Counted from the stretch's first letter, positions 1-7,531 are shown. The stretch is 39,780 nt of DNA from a virus (IMGVR_UViG_3300032239_000271:1-39780); one strand, 5' to 3'. The notes: generated from the letters alone by a model not told the origin. Numbers and translations are program-made.

Positions 1-33
1 AAACGCATAGAATTGTTGCAGGTTAAATTTCAT
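1..33 (-). CDS. Partial CDS (N-terminus MKFNLQQFYAF..., runs off the left edge)
   Basis: ATG at 33-31 overlaps the TGA of the upstream gene (ATGA coupling); open to the window edge; only 11 codons visible. Confidence 0.55.
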   Translation of the reverse strand, partial: MKFNLQQFYAF

Positions 34-239
34 TTTGGCGCTTCCGGCAAATTCATCCAATGGGTAAGTTCACACTCTTCATAATCATATTCAGTCGCTT
101 CATTGGGATCGCACACCCAAAACTTCCCGCTCCATGTTACCGTTGCAATTCCCGGTTGACTTAAAAACCCACAAAGGCCGTAAGCAAGGATGCGCGTCCC
201 GTCCTTTGGCGCTGTTTCTATTGGCTGCCAGTCAGTCAT
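30..239 (-). CDS. DUF551-like phage protein
   Basis: WQPIETAPKDG...THWMNLPEAP signature; start at 239 gives an ATGA overlap with the upstream stop. Confidence 0.85.
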   Translation of the reverse strand: MTDWQPIETAPKDGTRILAYGLCGFLSQPGIATVTWSGKFWVCDPNEATEYDYEECELTHWMNLPEAPK

Positions 240-448
240 GTCCGCACCATCCCGCAAAACCCGTGGGTTGTGCTGTATAAATCCTTAAAATAAAACGCAT
301 CTTTGGTTTCTACCGCTTCTTTTTCAAGTTTCCACCGCCACGCCATGCATTTTGGGCCTTCACACCAAATGCTCATTTGATTTGGTTTGTGGGGGCAGAT
401 TTTTTCTTTAGCCTCTTCAGGCGTCACATAGTGTGGGTTGTCAGTCAT
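236..448 (-). CDS. Hypothetical phage protein (Cys-rich, CP...C..C.AWRW...GFCG)
   Basis: ORF with ATGA coupling at both ends. Confidence 0.7.
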   Translation of the reverse strand: MTDNPHYVTPEEAKEKICPHKPNQMSIWCEGPKCMAWRWKLEKEAVETKDAFYFKDLYSTTHGFCGMVRT

Positions 449-633
449 AGTGTCCATACTTTCTTTGGCTTGATGTTATTCCGCTTCAATGCCCTCGTAA
501 GAGCCATGCGGCTTATGTCCATTTCAATGGCTGTCTGGCTTAAAGACTTTCCTGAAGTCAGGTGATCCACTGCAATTTTGATTCGTTCTGGCGTCCACTT
601 GCCAGCATGCTGACCAATAGTTCTGGTGGTCAT
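445..633 (-). CDS. GcrA-like N-terminal HTH protein
   Basis: WTPERI...GKSLSQTAIEMDISR resembles the GcrA WT.ER...G.S.SQIA..L HTH pattern. Confidence 0.6.
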   Translation of the reverse strand: MTTRTIGQHAGKWTPERIKIAVDHLTSGKSLSQTAIEMDISRMALTRALKRNNIKPKKVWTL

Positions 634-860
634 ATTTGCCCTTGCTTTCTTAATCTATCTAATGTTTCGTTCGCTATATCTTTTGCGTCTGCGTTGTATT
701 GTGCTTCTGCTATTCGTTTCAGTGCTTTGACCATAAGTTCAATTTCACACCATGCAACTAACTTATCATAGCAATGTGGGCATCTCAAGCCATCTTTACA
801 CTTTTGCCCATCTCCTACATCTGCACCGCATGTATATTTTAATCTTGTTTCCAACTTCAT
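630..860 (-). CDS. Hypothetical protein
   Basis: 76-aa ORF with ATGA overlaps; CxxC motif. Confidence 0.6.
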   Translation of the reverse strand: MKLETRLKYTCGADVGDGQKCKDGLRCPHCYDKLVAWCEIELMVKALKRIAEAQYNADAKDIANETLDRLRKQGQI

Positions 861-982
861 CTGCCCACCTTTGACATCATCTTTAATATCTTTGCTATGC
901 GTCTAAGCACATCTTTGTTGACAGGCTTCTGCTCAAGAATCCGCAACGCCCGTTCCAATTCAAACATTTTGGGCTTTCTCAT
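857..982 (-). CDS. Small basic hypothetical protein (41 aa, MRKPKMFELERALRILEQK...)
   Basis: Read manually; fills the gap and has an ATGA overlap with the downstream gene. Confidence 0.5.
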   Translation of the reverse strand: MRKPKMFELERALRILEQKPVNKDVLRRIAKILKMMSKVGR

Positions 983-985
983 GTG

Positions 986-1207
986 TCACCTTCTGATGCA
1001 CACCCATTCATAATTACTGAGTTTATAACGGGTGTAGGACTTGGGATCATCGTCCCTGCAACGCCCTTGTTCTGTCAAGATAATTACCCGCCAACCGGGC
1101 TTTTCCCCAATGTGGACATGATTTGTTATAATGTAACATTCTTCCAAACGGCTCCAGTTGGAACCTGTCCAGTCGGTGGCTAAGTAATCGCAGTCAACGC
1201 CGTCCAC
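986..1207 (-). CDS. Hypothetical protein
   Basis: GTG-start ORF in the operon direction. Confidence 0.45.
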   Translation of the reverse strand: MDGVDCDYLATDWTGSNWSRLEECYIITNHVHIGEKPGWRVIILTEQGRCRDDDPKSYTRYKLSNYEWVCIRR

Positions 1208-1277
1208 TGTATAACATCGCCCATGCTGCCCATGATGCGACGACTATAACACAAATCAGTCCTGCAAGAGTTTCCAA
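1194..1277 (-). CDS. Putative single-TM peptide (METLAGLICVIVVASWAAWAMLYSGRR)
   Basis: Read manually; TTG directly after the upstream stop; hydrophobic. Confidence 0.35.
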   Translation of the reverse strand: METLAGLICVIVVASWAAWAMLYSGRR

Positions 1278-1499
1278 TCAAATTTTCTCTTTCAATGCGG
1301 AACGAACAATACTCTCAACCCTTTCATTGCTTTTTACATAAGGCAAAGCCCATCGCAAAGCGTCTCGTAGCCGATGTTCAGTGAGCGTCATCTTGGTCAG
1401 CGTCTCAGCATAGAACTGATGCCGCATCTCTGCCGCCAGAAGATCGTTTTCAAGCCTACGTATCACGTTCTGATACTTGCCTTCTAAATTGTCATCCAT
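1278..1499 (-). CDS. Hypothetical coiled-coil protein
   Basis: ORF; start trimmed to MDDNL just after the upstream stop. Confidence 0.6.
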   Translation of the reverse strand: MDDNLEGKYQNVIRRLENDLLAAEMRHQFYAETLTKMTLTEHRLRDALRWALPYVKSNERVESIVRSALKEKI

Positions 1500-1501
1500 G
1501 A

Positions 1502-2263
1502 TCAACCCACATTGTATGCGCGGCGTTCTGCAATCCATCCTTCGTCCGCGTTAACAAAGACTGGCTGAATGAATACGCTTTTTACCATTTCATTCTTTGG
1601 ACCGTAATGCTGATTACGGATATGTCCCCGACGAAGATGTGGCCTGACAGTATATGTTTGACCATCAGATGCCCTCATTGTCTCAGTGATCTTGCCAATC
1701 CGTATTGTTGTGGTCAGTGGATAATTCTTGCGATGAATGTTTGCCTTGCTAAATTTGCCACTTGCCAGTTGCTTGTCCAATCTTTGTTCTTGAACAGAGT
1801 TTTTGGTGGCCAACAAAACGAGAAGCATCGCGTTTATAATTGACGCCAAACTGCTAATTGTTTTTTCAACTCTTTCTGACATTTCCTCTGTAATAATTTT
1901 TTGCATAACCATAAGTGCAAGATCATCTTTCCAAAGATATGTTCCGTCACTCATTATTCTATAAATATAAAGCCTAGACCCCTCATCAACTTCTGGGTAA
2001 TTATCAAAATTATATTCAATATATAAACCATATTGAGTTTTGATTTCTTCTTTTTTCTTTCCTTCTGTATTGTGAGTAAAAAACAAATGATGAAGTTGAT
2101 GAGTAAACTTCTCATTTACTTCAATCGCATAACAAGGCATAGGCGGAGTGGCGATGCCTAACGTCCTCATGTCCTCGTATGTTTTAGTGATGTCGTCTAT
2201 TGTCAGGCTGTTCCATACTTCAGATGATATGCGGAACAATTGCTTGTGGTCTTTGACTTTCAT
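1502..2263 (-). CDS. Phage protein with C-terminal HxRRGHxR motif
   Basis: 253 aa; RPHLRRGHIRNQHYG near the C-terminus; SD AGGGGA 5 nt upstream. Confidence 0.8.
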   Translation of the reverse strand: MKVKDHKQLFRISSEVWNSLTIDDITKTYEDMRTLGIATPPMPCYAIEVNEKFTHQLHHLFFTHNTEGKKKEEIKTQYGLYIEYNFDNYPEVDEGSRLYIYRIMSDGTYLWKDDLALMVMQKIITEEMSERVEKTISSLASIINAMLLVLLATKNSVQEQRLDKQLASGKFSKANIHRKNYPLTTTIRIGKITETMRASDGQTYTVRPHLRRGHIRNQHYGPKNEMVKSVFIQPVFVNADEGWIAERRAYNVG

Positions 2264-2400
2264 TGGTTTCCCCTAAGAGCATTAAGAGCGGGTTATGGTC
2301 CACTGATGGAGTGCTCCATTGTCTTAAGCCACGCCCCCGCCCAGCGTAGCAGCATCTCATGCACATAAGACCATCCCCCATGATGAGATACAGGGGAGGA
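2264..2400 (-). promoter_or_regulatory. Predicted structured RNA leader (three-way junction pairing the SD of the 253-aa gene)
   Basis: Manual pairing on the minus strand: UCCCCU/AGGGGA, GUAUCUCAU/AUGAGAUGC, CAUGGGG/UCUUAUG, GGGCGGG/CCCGCUC, AUGGAG/CUCCAU. Confidence 0.45.
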
Positions 2401-2407
2401 ATTTTAG

Positions 2408-2579
2408 TCATGCGGGTGGGGCGCTACTCCCACTGGAACCTCAACGATCTATGGTAACCGACATCCGCCATAACATAACCTTACCATTGGCCGTATGAAC
2501 TCTGGACGTATGGGCGCTCGTAACTGGTTCCTTTTTACCCATAAATTGTTGCGTGTCTGCTTTCCACGCCGCCGCATGA
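2408..2579 (-). ncRNA. tRNA-like structured RNA with a 117-nt insert in place of the anticodon arm
   Basis: Terminal stem UCAUGCGG/CCGCAUGA; 2-nt linker; D-like arm GCGUG-GAAAGCAGA-CACGC; T-like arm GUGGG-AGUAGCGC-CCCAC directly abutting the 3' stem strand. Confidence 0.55.
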
Positions 2580-2584
2580 TTCCT

Positions 2585-2803
2585 TTACACAGCCTTAATC
2601 CGACTGGCTTTACCTTCGTTGTCCAATAACTGGATGTTATTGATGAAATGGGTGCTAACAATGGCAATCAATGTTGGCATTCCACTACGATCAACTTTTC
2701 CATCATATTGGTAAAACTTAATCCATACGTCAATTGTTTCAATATGATCAGCAGAGATTTCGTATTCATCGCCTTCGTCGCAAGTAATCCGATAGCGGTT
2801 CAT
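2585..2803 (-). CDS. Hypothetical protein
   Basis: 72-aa ORF, 1 nt from the upstream stop. Confidence 0.65.
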   Translation of the reverse strand: MNRYRITCDEGDEYEISADHIETIDVWIKFYQYDGKVDRSGMPTLIAIVSTHFINNIQLLDNEGKASRIKAV

Positions 2804-2804
2804 A

Positions 2805-3050
2805 TCACTTCACCCTAAACACGCGCCAACCGACTGTTGTACTGCTGTCGTCTAACAGTACGCGAAACTTTGATGGATGTTTCTTACCATAATGATAACA
2901 CGCCTGTCTCAATGTGTTGGCGTTCTTAACATCTAATGATGGCACAAAGAAACTATCACCGACTTCCATCTTTGCCAATGGATAGCGTGGTACACCGTGT
3001 TGATGACCTGCTGGAATGGGGATTTTCTTTTCAATCTTATAATCCGACAT
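2805..3050 (-). CDS. Conserved small phage protein (IEK.IPIP...YP...MEVGDSF family)
   Basis: Recognisable motif; SD AAGGAG upstream. Confidence 0.8.
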   Translation of the reverse strand: MSDYKIEKKIPIPAGHQHGVPRYPLAKMEVGDSFFVPSLDVKNANTLRQACYHYGKKHPSKFRVLLDDSSTTVGWRVFRVK

Positions 3051-3088
3051 ATCAAACTCCTTTTTGATATGATTAACATATGCTCAAG

Positions 3089-4816
3089 TTATGACGGATA
3101 CAATGGGGTATCTGAATAGTTCCCAGTAAATTTTTGGCTCTCTGCCAATTCATATGATCTTTCAACGCCGCGTGTAATCCAACCTGCCTTACGCATAAAG
3201 GATATGGCTTGGCTTACGGTGTCAACCAAGTCGTCATGCACACCCTTCGGGAATGATTCTACTTCAGTAATCACCATGTCTGCCCATATCCTGAACGTGT
3301 CAGGGTCACCGATCTTGGTTGGCGCATGTACCAGTCCTTCGGCAAACAAATGCACGACCGAATGCAATCGGGCCACCTTGTCCAGATCACCGGGATCAAC
3401 AAGCCTGACTTGGAACTCTTCCATGCCGCACAGACGCCTGATTTCCTGAGCCACTGAATGCCCCGGTCCTTTGTTCTCAATCAGAAGAATGTCCAGTTTA
3501 CTTTCCCGTGCCGTGGCCACGATCTTCTCAACCAGTTCGTGGAACTCCAGCCTTGCTTTCCAAGCATTGGTCAGCATGATCTTCGGCACATCCCCGTCAC
3601 GCTCAGACTTCACGATACGGCTCAACACATTGCCAGAGCCATCCCGTGTCGCAATAGCCGTGGTTTCACCGCCATCTTTCCAAATGCCCCAGCAGGTCAT
3701 GGCGCTAAAATCGTTCTCCTTTTTGGCAGTAAAGGCCAAGTCCACTGATCCAACCGTGGCCGTCATTTCAGGGAATGCTATCCCGTCATATGGCATCCAC
3801 CATGTGCGCTTGACGATACCGCCACCCGCAGGTTGCGGCCTCTGCTGCAACTGACCAGCCGCACCATACGGGCCAAGCGTCTTCTCAAGGAGCAGAACTT
3901 CATCCTCACCGAAACGCTCTGGCCACAGCAATTGGCCTTCTTCATCCCGTGGATCAGTCCAAACGACATCATTCTCGCCGTCATTGTGTTCAGCCGGAAC
4001 CAGAACGGTATAAATGCGACGCTCAGGCTCAAACCGCATGGGCAGCATCAAGTGTGTCCAGTTACCGACATCTTGCGTCAAGATATGGCCAGTAATGTCG
4101 CGCTCAGACAATCTCTGTTGGATGACAATGCGGCAACCCTCTTTGGGATTGTTCAGACGGGTAGACCAAGCCATGTCCCACCACTCAACAGTGGACTCAA
4201 GCACGGCATCCGAATTGGCTTCACGGCTATTGTTGGGATCGTCGGCCACCAGATATGTTCCGCCCATACCAGTCGTGGAACCACCGACCGATGTGGTCTG
4301 ACGCCTACCGCCAGACATCAAATCAAACTGGCTCTTGGTATTCTGGTCAGGCTGTAACTGAACCTTGTCGCCCCAGCGTGACTGATACCAATCGCTCTCA
4401 AGCAATCGGCGGCACTTCAGGCTGTCCTGCAATGACAGGGTTTGTGAGTATGAGGCAAACAGGAACTGTACGCCATTCCCTGATGTTGGGCTTATCTCAT
4501 TCTGTGCGAATACCCACCCCGGAAAGAGTGTGCCAACCAAGGTGGACTTGGAGAAGCGTGGCGGAATATTGATGATCAGGTTGCGGATATGGCCATCGGC
4601 ACAAGCCTGAAGATGCTCACACACCGCTTGCATGGCAAATCCACCGCCAATAAACGGGGCCGAATCAATAACGTGCCACGCATCCTTGGCAAAATCATAG
4701 AGACTGCGGTGCTGACGGTCCTTGCTCAGTTCAAGTAGCCACGCCTTTGCTTCCTCCTCAGTGAGGTCGTAGGGCAACTTGGACTTCTTGGCTGGCCTAT
4801 CAAGCATCTTCGTCAT
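3089..4816 (-). CDS. terL: Terminase large subunit
   Basis: Walker A IPPRFSKST, Walker B YLVADD, LQQRP, RNase H-like VDLAF and HDDLVD. Confidence 0.95.
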   Translation of the reverse strand: MTKMLDRPAKKSKLPYDLTEEEAKAWLLELSKDRQHRSLYDFAKDAWHVIDSAPFIGGGFAMQAVCEHLQACADGHIRNLIINIPPRFSKSTLVGTLFPGWVFAQNEISPTSGNGVQFLFASYSQTLSLQDSLKCRRLLESDWYQSRWGDKVQLQPDQNTKSQFDLMSGGRRQTTSVGGSTTGMGGTYLVADDPNNSREANSDAVLESTVEWWDMAWSTRLNNPKEGCRIVIQQRLSERDITGHILTQDVGNWTHLMLPMRFEPERRIYTVLVPAEHNDGENDVVWTDPRDEEGQLLWPERFGEDEVLLLEKTLGPYGAAGQLQQRPQPAGGGIVKRTWWMPYDGIAFPEMTATVGSVDLAFTAKKENDFSAMTCWGIWKDGGETTAIATRDGSGNVLSRIVKSERDGDVPKIMLTNAWKARLEFHELVEKIVATARESKLDILLIENKGPGHSVAQEIRRLCGMEEFQVRLVDPGDLDKVARLHSVVHLFAEGLVHAPTKIGDPDTFRIWADMVITEVESFPKGVHDDLVDTVSQAISFMRKAGWITRGVERSYELAESQKFTGNYSDTPLYPS

Positions 4817-5285
4817 CTATTTCTTCGTAATCGGCATCCTGTATGTCTTCCGTTGGTGATGGTAACGCAAGAGCAGCCGTTAACATAGCCTCCAACTGTT
4901 CCCGCTCTTCATAGTCCAATGCCTCAATATTGAGCGTCTTGGTCTGGATTGGGCCACCATTCGGGCCAGACAGTTCCACGTTCTTCGTGTCGGTCCACAA
5001 TCCCTTGCCGCGTCTGGTCAGGAAGAACTTGGCTGCATCCATGCGGTCTTTCAGTTCACCATTCCTCATGGTTTCAAAGACAACTGTGGTTGCGTCAGCC
5101 ACTCCTGTAACCCAACCAACTTTCAGTTCATGGTTGTAATGCTTGGCAAGCGTATTGGGAGCAATCCGCATTTTTATTGCGATTTCATCCTGTGAAAGCC
5201 CAGCAGCCACTAGCATTTCCACCATACTGCGTGTTGTTTCGGTAGGTTTATGTGGTGGTCTTCCTGCTGACTTCTTCTTGGCCAT
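4800..5285 (-). CDS. terS: Terminase small subunit
   Basis: GRPPH-HTH N-terminus, ELSGPNGGPI C-terminal motif, overlaps terL start; start trimmed to MAKKK after GAGG. Confidence 0.8.
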   Translation of the reverse strand: MAKKKSAGRPPHKPTETTRSMVEMLVAAGLSQDEIAIKMRIAPNTLAKHYNHELKVGWVTGVADATTVVFETMRNGELKDRMDAAKFFLTRRGKGLWTDTKNVELSGPNGGPIQTKTLNIEALDYEEREQLEAMLTAALALPSPTEDIQDADYEEIDDEDA

Positions 5286-5310
5286 GTCTGCCTCAAAAAA
5301 CAATTATGTA

Positions 5311-5351
5311 ATGTTATAACATAACACTTTGGCAATTTTCATTGAATGCAA
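5311..5351. promoter_or_regulatory. Candidate operator/promoter upstream of terS
   Basis: Perfect palindrome ATGTTATAACAT (5311-5322); 12-mer CATTGAATGCAA (5340-5351) identical to 13015-13026. Confidence 0.35.
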
Positions 5352-5401
5352 GTTATCTTCCCAACGATATTTGCGGTATTTGGATACCACAATCGCGGTA
5401 T

Positions 5402-5749
5402 TTAGATACCTTTCGCGCTTATCTGATTTATATCAGCGTCTAGGTTAACATCCCCCTCTATTTTGCCCTCTTTTTTCAAAGCCAGCAGGTTCTTGGCATA
5501 TTCGTTGATGTCCATGCCTAACTCTGCACATAAGTCTACCTGCTCCTGTGTTAGCCCTATCTTTACTGGCATACGGACATTGGCCATCACCATGCCCTCT
5601 GCTAGTTCCTTAGATAGTACATAGCCTCCTGTTTCTGCCACGGCTTCTGCCGCCACAGGTTCTGCTGATAACTTGGATAATGCTGGGGCTACAGGAGCCA
5701 AACCAAGCATGGCTAAGAATGATCTACGTTTAAGCATTTGTTCCCTCAT
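5402..5749 (-). CDS. Hypothetical protein with twin-arginine-like N-terminus
   Basis: KRRSFL plus hydrophobic stretch; C-terminal LTQEQ...LGM..NEYAK. Confidence 0.7.
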   Translation of the reverse strand: MREQMLKRRSFLAMLGLAPVAPALSKLSAEPVAAEAVAETGGYVLSKELAEGMVMANVRMPVKIGLTQEQVDLCAELGMDINEYAKNLLALKKEGKIEGDVNLDADINQISAKGI

Positions 5750-6300
5750 TTGTCATAAATAATGGTTGGAGCCTTACCCCATGACCAATCCCATATGTAC
5801 CAAGCGTAGTTATGTCTTGGGCTTCCCTCTGTTCCGGCTATCCACCTTGGGCGCTTGGTTAGTACGATCTTACAAGCGAAAGGCGGCTGGCCAAAGATTT
5901 TCTTGCGGCTGCTGGCACAATCAAACTCATTCCTGAGCAACATACACACCCGGCCACCAAAGTTACGGGTCAGCAACAGGGCATGCTCAATGAACTGGTC
6001 GGCTAGGTCTTCGGCAAATGGCGGATTGGTCACTATGTCCCGACCGTCATTCTCCCAAGTCAGGAGAAAGTCCTGCTTCTTGTAGACATCAATCCCAGTC
6101 CAGTCGTGGATGTCGCTCCCATATACGTCCACCCCATGATTGGACATGACATTGAGGATTGCTCCCTTGCCTACCGCTGGCTCCCAGACACGCTCAAATG
6201 ATTCGTGCCGCAACAGGACTTCCGTTACCCAAGGCTCAGTTTCGTAATGATCCCAAGCCCGGCGCTCGTAGTCCGTGGCCATCATCAGGGCGTCAGTCAT
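5746..6300 (-). CDS. DNA (probably N6-adenine) methyltransferase
   Basis: D.YETEPW, SAM-binding WEPAVGKGAI, catalytic IVTNPPF. Confidence 0.88.
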   Translation of the reverse strand: MTDALMMATDYERRAWDHYETEPWVTEVLLRHESFERVWEPAVGKGAILNVMSNHGVDVYGSDIHDWTGIDVYKKQDFLLTWENDGRDIVTNPPFAEDLADQFIEHALLLTRNFGGRVCMLLRNEFDCASSRKKIFGQPPFACKIVLTKRPRWIAGTEGSPRHNYAWYIWDWSWGKAPTIIYDK

Positions 6301-6418
6301 GCCGTTTAATCTCGTCAATTGCCGACAATACCGACAGCAACAACTTACAGGCGTAGAATAACGCACTGAACCAAAGCATCAGGGACAATGGCAGTTCAAT
6401 TCCCCAGAAGTTATGCAA
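6293..6418 (-). CDS. Putative small membrane protein (MHNFWGIELPLSLMLWFSALFYACKLLLSVLSAIDEIKRHD)
   Basis: Read manually; fills the intergenic gap; TTG start. Confidence 0.35.
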   Translation of the reverse strand: MHNFWGIELPLSLMLWFSALFYACKLLLSVLSAIDEIKRHD

Positions 6419-6641
6419 GGCCACGAAGAAACTCATTTTGCTTTCCTTGTTCTGTTAATTCTTCCCGTAAAATCTCAATTTCAGCCACTAAGTCAGCATT
6501 GAGGCTAAGAAGGTCATTAATTTCGCGTTTAAGTTTAATGATATGATCTATCGTTACTGGGTCGGCGTGTCGTTCATTTGGTGCGTATGGGCCAAGCCAT
6601 CTTGTCTCTGACATTAATTTCTTGCTCCGATAGCCTGTCAC
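6411..6641 (-). CDS. Hypothetical protein (MTGYRSKK N-terminus, coiled coil)
   Basis: ORF coupled to the upstream stop. Confidence 0.65.
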   Translation of the reverse strand: MTGYRSKKLMSETRWLGPYAPNERHADPVTIDHIIKLKREINDLLSLNADLVAEIEILREELTEQGKQNEFLRGLA

Positions 6642-6856
6642 TGGATTGCTTTGCGTACCCTAGCCAATACCGTAATGGCCTTACTGGACGTTCCTTGGAC
6701 ATACTCAACCAATTGATCATAGTTGGCGGCAAACTGATTTAGGTCTAGTGCCATTTGAGCAGGGTCAATGCTTGTAGGCTTACCCGCAGCCATTGCCTCC
6801 AGTTCGTCTATCCATTCCTGAAGCGTCTTACTCTTGGTTTCCATGTTGCTGTCCAT
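6638..6856 (-). CDS. Hypothetical protein
   Basis: 72-aa helical ORF in the operon. Confidence 0.6.
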   Translation of the reverse strand: MDSNMETKSKTLQEWIDELEAMAAGKPTSIDPAQMALDLNQFAANYDQLVEYVQGTSSKAITVLARVRKAIQ

Positions 6857-7049
6857 ATCTGGCGTTGTGTGCTTCTAGTTTTTCAGATGTTATCCGCATG
6901 ATCCGATCTATTGCTCTCTGCGCGGCTCGTAGGGTCGTCCATTGCTCTGTTATTGGCAAATCATTAAACTCTGGCGGCACAGCAACAAATACATTGTCCT
7001 TCTCACGGACTATTGCAGCAACTACTGTACGCGCCGGAGGCTTTGCCAT
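6828..7049 (-). CDS. Hypothetical protein
   Basis: Start trimmed to MAKPP directly after the upstream stop. Confidence 0.6.
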   Translation of the reverse strand: MAKPPARTVVAAIVREKDNVFVAVPPEFNDLPITEQWTTLRAAQRAIDRIMRITSEKLEAHNARYGQQHGNQE

Positions 7050-7050
7050 G

Positions 7051-7293
7051 TTAACTCGCTGATTCGGGCTTCCCATTCATAATGAGTTGTTTGGCCGCAC
7101 CAGACAATATACTTGTTGGTGTCTTCCCACCCTTTTTACCTAGCAAACGATCTGCTTCCACCTTTAAGTAGGCTTGGACAATCTCACGGTAAATCTGCAC
7201 ATCCTGTTTGCCTGACTGACGCTCCCAATCAATCCAACCCGCTAAATTATCGTCAAGGCATTTGAACTGCTCTAACTTCTCTGCCACTTCCAT
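7051..7293 (-). CDS. Hypothetical protein
   Basis: ORF; start uncertain (7293 or 7329). Confidence 0.55.
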   Translation of the reverse strand: MEVAEKLEQFKCLDDNLAGWIDWERQSGKQDVQIYREIVQAYLKVEADRLLGKKGGKTPTSILSGAAKQLIMNGKPESAS

Positions 7294-7303
7294 TTTTATA
7301 TTC

Positions 7304-7489
7304 TCACTTTGATGGATGATATTCTTCAAGATTTCTAATTTTAACTATGCCGTGATCCCACGCAATTTGAACGGCTTGCTTGCGTGTCTTGTAAGGGATG
7401 TGTTCAACGTCATCGTTTTCATCCCAAATTGCCAATGCTCTAAACCGAACACCGTTTTTAATACGAAATACACAAAATGCTTTTTTCAT
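7304..7489 (-). CDS. Hypothetical protein
   Basis: Strong SD AGGAGA 5 nt before ATG. Confidence 0.7.
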   Translation of the reverse strand: MKKAFCVFRIKNGVRFRALAIWDENDDVEHIPYKTRKQAVQIAWDHGIVKIRNLEEYHPSK

Positions 7490-7510
7490 TTTACTCTCCT
7501 GTGATGGGTT

Positions 7511-7530
7511 GGGGGCCGAAGCCCCCTTTT
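7511..7530. terminator. GC hairpin GGGGGC-(UUCG/CGAA)-GCCCCC
   Basis: 6-bp stem; followed by TTTT on plus (terminator-like); cUUCGg tetraloop on the coding minus strand. Confidence 0.5.
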
Positions 7531-7531
7531 A

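Noticed and set aside
2264-2400. Self-cleaving ribozyme (hammerhead or HDV/theta) next to the tRNA-like RNA
   Set aside because: Could not find CUGAUGA/GAAA cores or an HDV double pseudoknot by eye; a covariance search is needed to exclude it fully
2408-2579. Canonical tRNA, intron-containing tRNA or tmRNA
   Set aside because: No TTC T-loop, no anticodon arm, no CCA; the insert looks too short and lacks a recognisable group I core or tag ORF
2220-2667. ORFs 2220-2411 and 2449-2667
   Set aside because: They overlap better-supported genes, lack clear SDs and have odd composition; the region is better explained as structured RNA
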